Notes: generated by a model not told the origin, from the letters alone. A stretch of DNA of 64,000 nt from Candidatus Saliniplasma sp. (GCA_046497075.1 JAWOGF010000059.1:3040-67039); one strand, 5' to 3'; positions 48,496-58,639 are shown, counted from the stretch's first letter. A program made the numbers and translations.

Positions 48496-49251
48496 TCATT
48501 CCCCATTGCCATCCTCTTGGCGTCCGATGGCCTCTTTCAAATCTATTTCACCTTCAACCACTTTCTTAGCTAGGTCTTTAGATATAGTTATCTTACCGTC
48601 GCTTTTTATTCGACTCCTTCGCTGTATCTCTCTTTTTTCACCTTCCGTAGCTTCTATTTCATAATCTCCTTCTATAGGTTCTCCCGACGTGATAGAGATC
48701 TCTTTAGCGGAAGTCAGATCCTGTAGAAAACCACCATGAGTGGTATCTTCTTCATTAACTATCTCGATCCTCATACATAAACCAGTAAGAGAGTTTATAG
48801 TCCTATTTCGATTCGTTTTGTCTCCATGGCCTATCCTTATGATCATCTCGTGAAAATCATAGGCATCCATGTATTTCTCTACGATATGTCGAACATTTTC
48901 TGGTGATTTTGCATAAACGGTCTCAAGAACCTTCCCATCCCCCAATAAAGCTATACCCGGTTTCTCACCAGGATCTATGCCTACGATCATCTGCTGAAAT
49001 GATTCTTTCCCAGATATTGCTGTTAATCCTTGTCTTATCCCTTTTCGAATATCCTCGGATATCGGTATAACTTTGTGGAAATCGATGCCATCGGCTTCTT
49101 TTTCAGTGGTTAGAACAGCGCCTATGTTATCTGGGATAGGATCTGTTGGTGATATACTAATAAATGGTATATCCCTCTGTTTCAACTCTTTTACTACATC
49201 ATAATAGAATTTGAAATTATCTGTAGCTACTGCTATTATTTTCACAATCAA
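48496..49251 (-). CDS. Hypothetical protein with a possible RNase H-fold (YqgF/RuvC-like) segment
   Basis: MIVGIDPGEKPGIALLGDG resembles a resolvase-type GxDxG start. Otherwise it is unassigned. Confidence 0.3.
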   Translation of the reverse strand: MIVKIIAVATDNFKFYYDVVKELKQRDIPFISISPTDPIPDNIGAVLTTEKEADGIDFHKVIPISEDIRKGIRQGLTAISGKESFQQMIVGIDPGEKPGIALLGDGKVLETVYAKSPENVRHIVEKYMDAYDFHEMIIRIGHGDKTNRNRTINSLTGLCMRIEIVNEEDTTHGGFLQDLTSAKEISITSGEPIEGDYEIEATEGEKREIQRRSRIKSDGKITISKDLAKKVVEGEIDLKEAIGRQEDGNGE

Positions 49252-49314
49252 ACATAAACGCTAAACAAATATAGGTTTTTTGAAAAAAATAGAAAAGAAA
49301 TGGGTTTTTATCGA

Positions 49315-50667
49315 TCAAACTGATGGGGCATCCTTTATAAAACCTGCATCCATCATACTTTGAGTTTTTTCTCTGCTAGATTCGATGGTCTTTTCAGCTC
49401 TCTTCCTGAGTTCCCCCTCAGAAAGTTCAACTCTAGCGATACCTTGTTCGATAGCTTTCATACCGACTCTTACAGCCTGCCTTATGAAGACCTCTGTATC
49501 TTCCATCGTGGGTACGAGGTGTTCATCATCTAATCCTCTTTCTTCAGCGACTTCCGCAATGGCGTAAGCGGCTTCGATATGCATCTCGTCGGTGATCGTT
49601 TTTGCCCTCACATCTAGTGTTCCCCTGAATATTCCTGGGAATCCGATCGAATTGTTGATTTGGTTCGGGAAATCGGATCTTCCAGTTCCCACGACCCTGA
49701 CACCGGCTTCCTTAGCTTCCCAAGGCCATATCTCTGGTATCGGATTCGCTACTACGAACAACACCGCATCGTCATTCATTCCCTTCAACCATTCTTTCTT
49801 TATGGTATCTGGACCGGGTTTCGAAGCTGCTACCACGACGTCTTTTCCTTCAATCAGTTCCGGTAATCCTCCTTCTTGCTGTTCTTTGTTGGTCTTCTGT
49901 GCGAATTTATATTTCTCCGGGGTTGATTCCTCGTCTAGATCATTACGGCCTGGATGAAGCAATCCCGTTGAATCCGCCAGATAAAGATTCTCTTCTTTAA
50001 CACCTGCTTTCAAAAGTGTCCTAGCCAAACAGAGATTTGCAGCTCCAGCACCTATCAAACCGATCTTTGCAGTTTCTAATTCTTTATCAACAACTTTTAA
50101 TCCGTTTATTATCCCTGCCAATGTTATAGCTGCGGTTCCCTGTTGATCATCGTGCCATACAGGTATATCTAGTTCCTCTCTTAGTGTATCTAAAACTTCA
50201 AAACATTTCGGTTTTGAGATATCTTCTAGATTGATACCGCCAAATGACGGTGCTATCCATTTAACCGCTTGAACTATCTCCTCGGGTTCATGAGCGTTCA
50301 AACATATTGGAAATGCATCTACACCTCCGAGATATTTGAATAAAAGACCTTTACCTTCCATAACTGGCATCCCGGCTTCAGGCCCTATATCTCCAAGCCC
50401 TAAAACTCTGCTCCCATCACTGACAACTGCTACATTGTTCCACTTGTTTGTGTGTTCGTACACCATCTCTGGATTCTCACTGATGTCCTCACAGGGTTTA
50501 GCTACACCAGGTGTGTACCAAACACCAAAATCATCAAAACTCTTGATCTGGACTTTAGGGGATACTTCAATTTTACCTTTGTAGAACGGATGCCACTTCA
50601 TTGCTTTCTTTGCCGGTTCTTTCGCCTTCTCTAAAAGTTCTTCCTTGGTGATCTTTTTCTCTTCCAT
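49315..50667 (-). CDS. Malic enzyme (NAD(P)-dependent malate dehydrogenase, decarboxylating)
   Basis: [20 protein letters not shown] and the Rossmann motif [10 protein letters not shown] are present. The length is 450 aa. Confidence 0.85.
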   Translation of the reverse strand: MEEKKITKEELLEKAKEPAKKAMKWHPFYKGKIEVSPKVQIKSFDDFGVWYTPGVAKPCEDISENPEMVYEHTNKWNNVAVVSDGSRVLGLGDIGPEAGMPVMEGKGLLFKYLGGVDAFPICLNAHEPEEIVQAVKWIAPSFGGINLEDISKPKCFEVLDTLREELDIPVWHDDQQGTAAITLAGIINGLKVVDKELETAKIGLIGAGAANLCLARTLLKAGVKEENLYLADSTGLLHPGRNDLDEESTPEKYKFAQKTNKEQQEGGLPELIEGKDVVVAASKPGPDTIKKEWLKGMNDDAVLFVVANPIPEIWPWEAKEAGVRVVGTGRSDFPNQINNSIGFPGIFRGTLDVRAKTITDEMHIEAAYAIAEVAEERGLDDEHLVPTMEDTEVFIRQAVRVGMKAIEQGIARVELSEGELRKRAEKTIESSREKTQSMMDAGFIKDAPSV

Positions 50668-50744
50668 ATTAATAACTCCCTAATCATCAGGGGATAATAA
50701 AAAAGGTTATAAATAGATATGGGAAAAAAAGAATGTTTTTTGTT

Positions 50745-51374
50745 CTAGAACACGAAAAACGACAACTGACCAAAACCGAGATACAGTGCTATCAGTAGTG
50801 CTGCGGCCATGATCAAACCTTTCCTTATATGTTCGTCCAGATGGTCAGCCACCGATCCAAATACCAGCATACCTAGGCCGGCCATGAGAACACCAACTGA
50901 AGTCAGAAGTAGATAGCTTCCTCGAATTATCTCTCGGTGCTCTTCTAGACCGACCTCCATGGTAAATAACGAAGCCAAGACATATCCGACCATCATCAAG
51001 ACTAAACCTACAACACCTAACCATAAAAACCCTCTTCCCTTAGGTTCTTCAATCGCACCAGTTTTCTGAGAGGGTGTGTAACCATTTCTAGAGGGGGCAG
51101 TACCGTTAGTACGTGAAACCCCAGTAGTTTGAGATCCGGACATCTGTTGTGGTTGAGATCTTCTAGTTGAGTCCGGAGGTCGCTCTGATGTACTCGTTGT
51201 TTGCTCCGTTTGTGCAGATCTATCTACATCACTTTTCTGTTGTGAAAGCTCTTCTTTCGATGCCCATCTGAATGCTCTACCACAATCCAAACATCTCCCA
51301 CTTCCATCGTCATAGAACTCTAAGTTTTCAGAATCACACCGAGAACAAATACCTTCTTCGGGTTTTTCAACCAT
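50745..51374 (-). CDS. Zinc-ribbon protein with S/T/Q-rich linker and two C-terminal transmembrane helices (hypothetical)
   Basis: The track ORF (to 51527) overlaps the kae1 3' end. An internal Met (MVEKPEEGICSRCDS...CLDCGRAF) with its own upstream TATA-like tttatttatatt gives a non-overlapping start at 51374. Confidence 0.4.
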   Translation of the reverse strand: MVEKPEEGICSRCDSENLEFYDDGSGRCLDCGRAFRWASKEELSQQKSDVDRSAQTEQTTSTSERPPDSTRRSQPQQMSGSQTTGVSRTNGTAPSRNGYTPSQKTGAIEEPKGRGFLWLGVVGLVLMMVGYVLASLFTMEVGLEEHREIIRGSYLLLTSVGVLMAGLGMLVFGSVADHLDEHIRKGLIMAAALLIALYLGFGQLSFFVF

Positions 51375-51424
51375 TTGTTTCACCAGGTTCAATATAAATA
51401 AAATACTTATTAAATTTTCGGAGG

Positions 51425-52390
51425 TTACCAATTCACGACCACGTCGTCGGTTCGAAAATCCTGTTTGACCCCAGAATCTTCTACCTCTATCGACATCCCA
51501 GCTTCGTACATCAACGACCCGGTCCAAGCTATCATCGCTCCATTATCGATACAGTATTCTCCCTCTGGAAAATGTAAAGTCGCTTCTCTTTCCTTTGCCA
51601 TGATCTCGCCCATCTCCTGGAGTCTTTTATTTCTAGTGACACCGCCTCCCAGCAGGACCTCATCTTTCCTAGTATGAGCTAGAGCTCTCTCAGTAACTTC
51701 AGTCACCATCGCAAATGTGGTCTCCTGTAGAGAATAACATAAATCCTCTAATTCAGCTTCTGAGTTTAGGGCAGCGGTCATTATACCTGAAAAGGCTAGA
51801 TCCATGCCTTTAACGCTATAGGGGAGATCGATCAAGTCTTCTCCCTCTTTCGCCTTTTCTTCTATTATCGGACCAGCCGGGAATGGCATTCCATTTTTTC
51901 TTCCAAATTTATCCAACATATTCCCAAGACCGATGTCGAGAGTTTCCCCAAATACACGGTATCTGCCTCTCGAAAAAGCTATGACCTGGGTATTTCCACC
52001 CGATACATATAGAAGGACTGGATCAGAAGCACCGGTTCTGAGTTTTCCTATCTCGAGATGGGCTATACAGTGGTTCACACCCACCAAAGGAACATTCAAT
52101 CTAAGAGACAAACTTCGAGCTGCTGTAGCTGCAGTCCTCAAGCAAGGCCCCAATCCAGGCCCCTGTGAAAATGAAACTACATCGATATCCTCTTTCTCAA
52201 TACCCGCGTTATTCAAGGCATCTGAGACCAGTGAAGTTAATCTTTCTGCATGATGATTCGCAGCCTCTCTAGGATGTATGCCTTCCTCTGGATTATAAGA
52301 AGAGGATACATTTGCCAAGATATCCCCCTCATCATTTACTATACCGATCCCAACGGTGTGGGCAGTCCCCTCTGTACCTAAGGTGATCAT
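51425..52390 (-). CDS. kae1: tRNA N6-adenosine threonylcarbamoyltransferase Kae1 (KEOPS catalytic subunit), not fused to Bud32
   Basis: The N-terminus is MITLGTEGTAHTVGIGIV. HCIAHLE and GIHPREAANHH carry the metal-binding His residues. The 321-aa length means there is no kinase fusion. Confidence 0.85.
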   Translation of the reverse strand: MITLGTEGTAHTVGIGIVNDEGDILANVSSSYNPEEGIHPREAANHHAERLTSLVSDALNNAGIEKEDIDVVSFSQGPGLGPCLRTAATAARSLSLRLNVPLVGVNHCIAHLEIGKLRTGASDPVLLYVSGGNTQVIAFSRGRYRVFGETLDIGLGNMLDKFGRKNGMPFPAGPIIEEKAKEGEDLIDLPYSVKGMDLAFSGIMTAALNSEAELEDLCYSLQETTFAMVTEVTERALAHTRKDEVLLGGGVTRNKRLQEMGEIMAKEREATLHFPEGEYCIDNGAMIAWTGSLMYEAGMSIEVEDSGVKQDFRTDDVVVNW

Positions 52391-52419
52391 ATAGAAAAAA
52401 AGAAAAGTGTGAAAAGTGT

Positions 52420-52560
52420 TTATTTGCCGATTCTGAATACTTTCGTCCCGCAGTCAGGGCATTCGCCCTTGGTCGCTGGACGGCCATTCTTTAATTCAGT
52501 TTTCTTTGGATTCTTGATCTCAACCTTTTCCCTACATTTTACACAATATGCTTCTGTCAT
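52420..52560 (-). CDS. Small zinc-ribbon protein (46 aa)
   Basis: This ORF is not in the track. It translates to MTEAYCVKCREKVEIKNPKKTELKNGRPATKGECPDCGTKVFRIGK. Two CxxC pairs are present. It lies immediately upstream of kae1. Confidence 0.45.
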   Translation of the reverse strand: MTEAYCVKCREKVEIKNPKKTELKNGRPATKGECPDCGTKVFRIGK

Positions 52561-52630
52561 GATTATCACTTAGGCACCAAATATGACTAGGTGTATTAAA
52601 GAATTTCCTAAGAGAACTAAGTAAAATAGG

Positions 52631-52978
52631 GTCAGGTCACCGTAGTAAGCCCCTTTCTGTTTAAAGACGACATTCAACTATGCGTCCTACCTGCCGGTCC
52701 CGGAAGAGTCATCCCGGCTAGTTTGGACTTGCTCCAGAGAGGTAGTGGCCGTTTCATCGATCCCACCGGATCTTCGCTCTGCGGGTTAACTCACCTGTCT
52801 TTCGACAAACTTCGCACACGTCATTGCTTACCGGTGGACGTGTCGTTTCTGCGCCCTTACCGGATATACCGGCTTGACCTGGACTCTCGCCCCACCATCT
52901 TGCGATGATCCTCCTTTCCTGTGGAGAGGGGACTTTCCTCAGTGTCTAGCACCGTCGGTCGCCCACGGTCTCCTGACC
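52631..52978 (-). ncRNA. rnpB: RNase P RNA (type A-like)
   Basis: This is a GC-rich island of about 350 nt in an AT-rich context. Minus-strand reading gives GAGGAAAGUCC (P4/CR-I) about 40 nt from the 5' end. The terminal helix pairs 5' GGUCAGG with 3' CCUGACC (P1). The track ORF 52723..52908 inside it is spurious. Confidence 0.55.
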
Positions 52979-53201
52979 TGTTCTATGGATGGTTGGTAGA
53001 TCGTATATAAGGATTTTGTATGTGAAAATTTAATAATCATATAATTTAGTTAAAACAAACATTTCGGATAGTGAATCATTTTTGACATATTACCATTTTA
53101 AACGATAAAATAATAATATACATTTGTATGTTGATACAAGTATTATATGAACCATAATATATATATTTCTACTTGTTTATAGGTAGTTGAGGTGAAGCAG
53201 G

Positions 53202-53351
53202 ATGAAAAAAATATTTAAAATATGTATAATATCCGTGATAGGTGTACTAATTATCTCAACGCTACTTAGTACTTTTGCTTTGAATACAGAGAGAAACCTT
53301 GACACAGAGGAAACAAATAAACCTTTAGATTCCTCAAAAGACAAACATTGA
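53202..53351 (+). CDS. Small signal-peptide protein (49 aa, hypothetical)
   Basis: It translates to MKKIFKICIISVIGVLIISTLLSTFALNTERNLDTEETNKPLDSSKDKH. An RBS-like ggtga lies 8 nt upstream. This ORF is not in the track. Confidence 0.25.
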   Translation: MKKIFKICIISVIGVLIISTLLSTFALNTERNLDTEETNKPLDSSKDKH

Positions 53352-53472
53352 AAGATCAATCAAACGGGATTTCATGATACAATCAACTGGGTTTTACCAT
53401 ATATATAGAGGTGGATAAACACATTTTATTTATTTAACACCATTTAATAAAATTAAATTTAGAGGATAAAAA

Positions 53473-54837
53473 ATGAAGAAGTTAAACAGTTTAATCATTA
53501 TTTGTTTGTTGATAGTCACAGCATGCTTTATCGCTGCAGAATCGACTTCTAGAAAAATAGAAAACAAAGAAGTAGGTCTATCCAATTCAGCCTGGCCTAA
53601 TTACGGAGGTAATTTTAGAAATACTAGGAGGAGCCCTTACAATACAAGTCATGTAGATGGAGAAACAAAATGGTGCACAGGTGAATTGAGTCACCATAAA
53701 GGTGGTGCCCCTTTAGTTGGTGACGGAGGTGCAGTTATCGATAATGATGGTACAATTTATTATCAAACTATGTTTTATCTGAGAGCCGTAAATCAGGATG
53801 CAACATTAAAATGGGAATACAGAATTATAAAAAGAAACACAATTAGAGACACTGAGGCATGCGTATCTCCTGCAATAGCAAGTGATGGAACTATATATGC
53901 TGGAACCGCTACTGGAAAATTCCATGCAGTAAGACCGAATGGTACTCTAAAATGGACGTTTGAAGCTGACGGACCGATCGGACACAGCCCGAATATAGGT
54001 CATGATGGTACCGTTTATTTTACTTCAGATGATACTTTTTATGCTTTAAATCCAAACGGAACTCAGAAATGGAATTATACAAGTGAGAGTTCATTCTCCA
54101 GATCTTCACCAACTATAGGTGACGATGGTACCATATATGTAGATGAGTATGCTTTCTATTCAAATGGTACTTTAAAATGGGATTCTTACGGAGATGCATG
54201 GATTACACCCGCAATAGCAGAAGATGGAACAATATATAATTTTCAATATGATGGAACACTTTATGCATTATATCATAACGGAACTATTAAATGGAAATAT
54301 AAAACTGATGGAGGAGGAACAGCTCCTGCGATCGGAGAAGATGGGACAATATACCTTACAGCTGGTGAAAACTTTATTGCATTGAATACTAATGGTTCCC
54401 TAAAATGGAAGTATTATACAGGACGCTACTGGGAAAATTCTCCCACAATAGGTGGGGATGGTACCATATACTTGATCAATGGCGGCGGTACTTTTTATGC
54501 AATTAACCCAAATGGTACTCTTGAATGGAAGGACCAAATAGACGGAAATTGGGAACACTATAGATCACCCATAATTGACAGTGATGGTAACGTCTACATA
54601 TACCGGTCTACCTCATCTAAGATGGGATTACTAATATATGGAGAGGAAGGACCTGATTTCGATGAAGATGATGGACTTTTTACCCCTGGATTCTCTTTTC
54701 CAGTATTAATATGTGTGTCAGTAATAATGGCAATTATCTGGAATTATAAAAAAATAAACTTCCAATCTAAAAATAAAAATCAGGTCATCCAGGAGAAAAA
54801 AATGACAAACAATACAGGAAAATTACTAAGGATTTAA
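53473..54837 (+). CDS. Secreted PQQ-like beta-propeller repeat protein with a C-terminal PGF-like segment, transmembrane helix and basic tail
   Basis: There is an N-terminal signal peptide. About 8 repeats of the DGTIY...LNPNGTLKW type are present. The C-terminus has TPGFSFPVLICVSVIMAIIW plus NYKK. Confidence 0.65.
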   Translation: MKKLNSLIIICLLIVTACFIAAESTSRKIENKEVGLSNSAWPNYGGNFRNTRRSPYNTSHVDGETKWCTGELSHHKGGAPLVGDGGAVIDNDGTIYYQTMFYLRAVNQDATLKWEYRIIKRNTIRDTEACVSPAIASDGTIYAGTATGKFHAVRPNGTLKWTFEADGPIGHSPNIGHDGTVYFTSDDTFYALNPNGTQKWNYTSESSFSRSSPTIGDDGTIYVDEYAFYSNGTLKWDSYGDAWITPAIAEDGTIYNFQYDGTLYALYHNGTIKWKYKTDGGGTAPAIGEDGTIYLTAGENFIALNTNGSLKWKYYTGRYWENSPTIGGDGTIYLINGGGTFYAINPNGTLEWKDQIDGNWEHYRSPIIDSDGNVYIYRSTSSKMGLLIYGEEGPDFDEDDGLFTPGFSFPVLICVSVIMAIIWNYKKINFQSKNKNQVIQEKKMTNNTGKLLRI

Positions 54838-55093
54838 GCAACTCTTGGTAACAAAATGGAGAATTTCAAATGAAAAAAAGATTTGTTGCGAAAGTCTTCA
54901 CTCCTACTGTATAAAAAATAACGTTTTACTTAAAATGAGGCCCCTGTTGAGATGAAAAACAGAATGAAAGAATCAACTCTTATTCTATATTTTTCCCCGA
55001 GTTTTTCTCCGAGGCCTCATTTACCTATATTTAAGATTGATATTTATAAATTTGTCAGGTTTTTCAATTTTTTCCTATCATTATAATCTTTAA

Positions 55094-55981
55094 TTGACTC
55101 TATTTCAAAGTCTAAAAAGAAAATATTATAACCCTCCACTTCACTTTATTTATGGAATGAATATTTCAGATAATACCGAAGGTATCCAGATTTTACCGTT
55201 AACAGAAAACAATGTAGATGATATAATATGCAGTCCCGGTGGTTTAGAGATCAAGAACGTAGACCTGAAGGGAGACCTGTACAAAACCGTCTTATGGCAT
55301 AAAAAGATGATAAACAAAGGGATGAGTGGTTACATTTTTTACAAAGGGGATACACCCTATGGATTCATAGAATACATGCCTGTAGAACCATCTCCATTTC
55401 CCATAGAAGCCCCGGGATCAGCAGTTCTGATGTGCTTTCACTGGGTGGCTACTGAAGATGAACCTCATCTCGAAACAGAGAAAGAAATGATCGAGATGGT
55501 GATAGAAGATATCTATGATAATTTTGACGGTTTAGTCACTTTTGGATGGAACAATCCAGAACATTATCCGATTGAGATGCTGGAGGAACTAGGTTTCGAA
55601 ACCGTGGAAAACTTGGACCAAACATCTTTGATGTGGCTTCCTCTTAAAAAAGATGCAGTGGAACCGACTATCATGGATACAACTTTACAAGTAGAAGACC
55701 TTTCAGATGAAGGTAAATTAAAGATCGTATCCACATATTCGAACAGATGTCCATACAGCATCTATAATGGAATTAAAGTTAAGAAAACGGTCAAAGAAAT
55801 TGATGATGATCGTATAGAATTCACACAACACCTGATAGATTCCCAGGATGACGCCCTTGGATGGGCAGATAATCCAGGCCGCTGGGAGTACATGATCATC
55901 GATGGTGAAGAAATCGACATCTTCCATAAGCCATCTGATGAGATAAAAGAAATAATCAAAGAAAAATTATCTGAACTCTAA
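55094..55981 (+). CDS. Hypothetical two-domain protein (GNAT-like N-terminal region plus conserved C-terminal RCPYSIYN domain)
   Basis: The C-terminal ~95 aa are paralogous to ORF 56449..56754. The N-terminal assignment is weak. Confidence 0.4.
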   Translation: MTLFQSLKRKYYNPPLHFIYGMNISDNTEGIQILPLTENNVDDIICSPGGLEIKNVDLKGDLYKTVLWHKKMINKGMSGYIFYKGDTPYGFIEYMPVEPSPFPIEAPGSAVLMCFHWVATEDEPHLETEKEMIEMVIEDIYDNFDGLVTFGWNNPEHYPIEMLEELGFETVENLDQTSLMWLPLKKDAVEPTIMDTTLQVEDLSDEGKLKIVSTYSNRCPYSIYNGIKVKKTVKEIDDDRIEFTQHLIDSQDDALGWADNPGRWEYMIIDGEEIDIFHKPSDEIKEIIKEKLSEL

Positions 55982-56448
55982 ACCATTCTCTATACATCTC
56001 AGGTTGACTATCACTTACTATTTTCCATCTACCAGTATAAGAATCGTACTTAAATTCTCATTTTATAACAACTAGAGTTTTCTTCAGAACAGTTTCATTT
56101 CCGCCTTGGGTCCAACTTTGATATGAGAATGTAATCTTTTATATCCCCCTTCTAAAGGACATCTCTCTATATCAGAACCACCATATGACTGACTCTCTCT
56201 TACAACCTAACCTCTAACCTTTACATTGATCCCATCATACCACTCTAGATTCTCTAGTAAAGAAGATATTTAGGTATAGCTGTAATACGCTTTCTCTTCC
56301 AACTCTATTCCATAGGACTCTTCTATCTACAAACTATACTTATCTTCATATTCCTCAACAATACATCTAGCAGTGATCACGGCCCCCGGTTTGATCTCTC
56401 CTTTCGTATCTAAATTCTCCAATCGCTCTTTATTTATTTTCACCTGCA

Positions 56449-56754
56449 GTGAATTATTCACCCTCAGACCTTTCACATGAAGGCAAACTAGCTATCGAAC
56501 AAGGCTACAGCCATCGCTGTCCCTATAGCATCCATAATCAGCAGAGGGTGTCTAACCTGATAACGGATATCGATGACGAAAGAATAAGTTACAAAGCGAT
56601 AGCGATAGACTATAGGGAAGAAGCTCTAAAATACACTATCGAACCTTTGAACTGGGAGTGGCTTTACATCAGCGGTAGGGAAATAGAATATTTCTTCAAA
56701 TCTAAGGAAGAACTCGAAGAAGAGATAAAAAGCATGTTAGACGATTTAGGTTGA
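56449..56754 (+). pseudogene. Stand-alone copy of the C-terminal RCPYSI domain (truncated paralog of 55094..55981, possible gene remnant)
   Basis: The alignment is by eye. DLSDEGKLKIVSTYSNRCPYSIYNG...IDDDRIEF aligns with DLSHEGKLAIEQGYSHRCPYSIHNQ...IDDERISY. About 470 nt of upstream non-coding DNA is present. Confidence 0.35.
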
Positions 56755-56757
56755 TCT

Positions 56758-57447
56758 TCAATGATCTTCTGGACTGCTTTCAGTCGTTATACACCATCTT
56801 CCCCTATATGAGTCATATCCAAAGTTGCCTCTGACCACTATAACACTGCCTTTAGATATAGAATAATTCTCAGTAAAATCCCAATCTTCGATTCTGATCA
56901 TAAGTTCACAATCCATTCCATCAAGGGGCTCAAGTTCTAGGATAGTATCATCTGCTATTATTTGTAAGGAGAGGATCTCACCTCTAATTTTATGATTCAT
57001 GCCCTCATGCCATTCTGGGTTATCCAACAGTTCGCCAGGAGAGGTAAAGCTTGAATAGGCTGCGTTTTCGATCCTAAAATCTCCTGCTCTAGAGACAATG
57101 ATGGATATATCTTCTTCATACATGTCGACCTCCCCTCTAGCAGTTATCTCAGTACCAGTTCTTACCTCTTCTAGATCACTAACATATGAAAGAACCCTTT
57201 TTTCTACCAATGCTGTGACAGAAGAGTTCCCTTTGTCTTCTTTCAGCTCCATAATATAACTGTCCTCTAGCGTGATGAGGTTAGAAATAAAACCTCTAGT
57301 TTCAACATGAGCCCCTACCAAATTTTCATCGATCTCGGATATCTCAATCTTCTCAGCATCTTGGCTAGCCGAGTATAAAAATAAAAAACTAGTTCCGATC
57401 AGAGAAATTATTACGGAGATAGTTAGAAGCTTTTTTTCATCGATCAC
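56758..57447 (-). CDS. Signal-anchored hypothetical protein (two beta-rich domains)
   Basis: There is an N-terminal transmembrane or signal segment. Its start lies 4 nt after the orc1/cdc6 stop. Confidence 0.4.
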   Translation of the reverse strand: MIDEKKLLTISVIISLIGTSFLFLYSASQDAEKIEISEIDENLVGAHVETRGFISNLITLEDSYIMELKEDKGNSSVTALVEKRVLSYVSDLEEVRTGTEITARGEVDMYEEDISIIVSRAGDFRIENAAYSSFTSPGELLDNPEWHEGMNHKIRGEILSLQIIADDTILELEPLDGMDCELMIRIEDWDFTENYSISKGSVIVVRGNFGYDSYRGRWCITTESSPEDH

Positions 57448-57451
57448 CAGA

Positions 57452-58615
57452 TCAACCCTCGAGCATCGACTCTATCTTTTTTTCTAGTACCTCTGCGGGA
57501 ATGTCCGATACGGTTATCTTTGTAGTTCGTCCGGTCCCGGTGGACACAGTTTTCGTATCTAGTAAACCTTCTTCAGACAGTGATTTTATATATTTCCAAA
57601 ACTGAGTGTGACCTAGTGTATCCATACCGTATCCTTCGGTAGCAACTTTATATTGCTCTTCCAATTTACCGGTGGTGGTGTATGCTTTGTTTTTCAACTG
57701 ACGAGCGGTAGCTAAGAGTATGATCCTTTCCTGCTCGTTCAAAGATCTGATCCGATTTTCGGTGAAATAGGGGTCAACTTCTGCTTTGGAGTGCCTGATC
57801 TCCTCCGCATCGATCTTATCGTCTCCCTTTTCCTCTGTTAGAAGTGCTGACTTCTCCATGAGTTCTATACCTAGTCTAGCGTCCCCTCTTTTTGCAGCTA
57901 TATCTGCTAGTAGTTTTAATTCTTCTTCACCTATCGAATCTGGATATAATGCCAGTCTCCTACGCTGTTCCAGGATATCATATAACTCGTCAGGTCCATA
58001 TTTGGGGAATTTTATCCGGTTCCCTCTTTTAAAAGAACTCAGTGCCCCTTCCTCTAGAAACTCAAGAGCGTTCTTCTGTGAGATCAAAATGAGCGATACA
58101 CTTCCTTTAGGCGTAAAACTTTCGTCATCGAATCTAGAGAACAGATATATGAGTTCAGATCCTTCTTTCTTAATGAGGGCATCCACCTCGTCCAATATGA
58201 TTATAAGATGCATACCTCTATCTTTGATGTGTTTACTCAGTATCTCCATCATCTCGCCAACCGAGAATCCTCTATCTGGAAAACCTTTATCGAAATTAGA
58301 TATTATCTTCCACATAACTTGGCCATTGTTGTTACTCCTTCTACAGTTCACGAAGACGTAATCTAAGTTTTTCCCCTCCTCAGAAGCCCATTCTTTGAAG
58401 TTCATACTGAATCTTTTTACTGTGGCGGTTTTCCCTGTCCCGACACTCCCGTGTAAGAAAACATTTTGAGATACATCTGAGTCTACTACGCCTTTGAATA
58501 GAGTGAACAGCCTTTGAATCTGTTCATCCCTATTCGGTAGTTCTTTTGGAACGTAATCGAAAGATAGTTTTTTGTGGTCTTTTATTATCTTTGCTTTTGT
58601 TCTTTTGAATGCCAT
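57452..58615 (-). CDS. orc1: Orc1/Cdc6 replication initiator
   Basis: DYVPKELPNRDEQIQRL is present. The AAA+ Walker A is LHGSVGTGKTATVK. The Walker B is IIILDEVD. The sensor motif GDARLGIEL is present. The C-terminal winged helix contains GRTTKI. Confidence 0.85.
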   Translation of the reverse strand: MAFKRTKAKIIKDHKKLSFDYVPKELPNRDEQIQRLFTLFKGVVDSDVSQNVFLHGSVGTGKTATVKRFSMNFKEWASEEGKNLDYVFVNCRRSNNNGQVMWKIISNFDKGFPDRGFSVGEMMEILSKHIKDRGMHLIIILDEVDALIKKEGSELIYLFSRFDDESFTPKGSVSLILISQKNALEFLEEGALSSFKRGNRIKFPKYGPDELYDILEQRRRLALYPDSIGEEELKLLADIAAKRGDARLGIELMEKSALLTEEKGDDKIDAEEIRHSKAEVDPYFTENRIRSLNEQERIILLATARQLKNKAYTTTGKLEEQYKVATEGYGMDTLGHTQFWKYIKSLSEEGLLDTKTVSTGTGRTTKITVSDIPAEVLEKKIESMLEG

Positions 58616-58639
58616 TAGTATCGAAATCTCTTTCTGTAA

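Noticed and set aside
50745-51527. Track ORF start at 51527, overlapping kae1 by about 100 nt
   Set aside because: The N-terminal extension is Arg/Gly-rich and has no features. An internal Met at 51374 has its own TATA-like element and begins exactly at the zinc-ribbon motif. The shorter model is preferred.
52723-52908. 61-aa ORF in the GC-rich island
   Set aside because: The region is better explained as RNase P RNA on the opposite strand. It has the GGAAAGUCC motif and a closing helix.
54640-54837. PGF-CTERM archaeosortase sorting signal on the beta-propeller protein
   Set aside because: A PGF tripeptide followed by a hydrophobic helix and NYKK is present. However, about 30 more residues follow the basic patch, which is atypical. 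I leave this as a note in the feature evidence rather than a claim.
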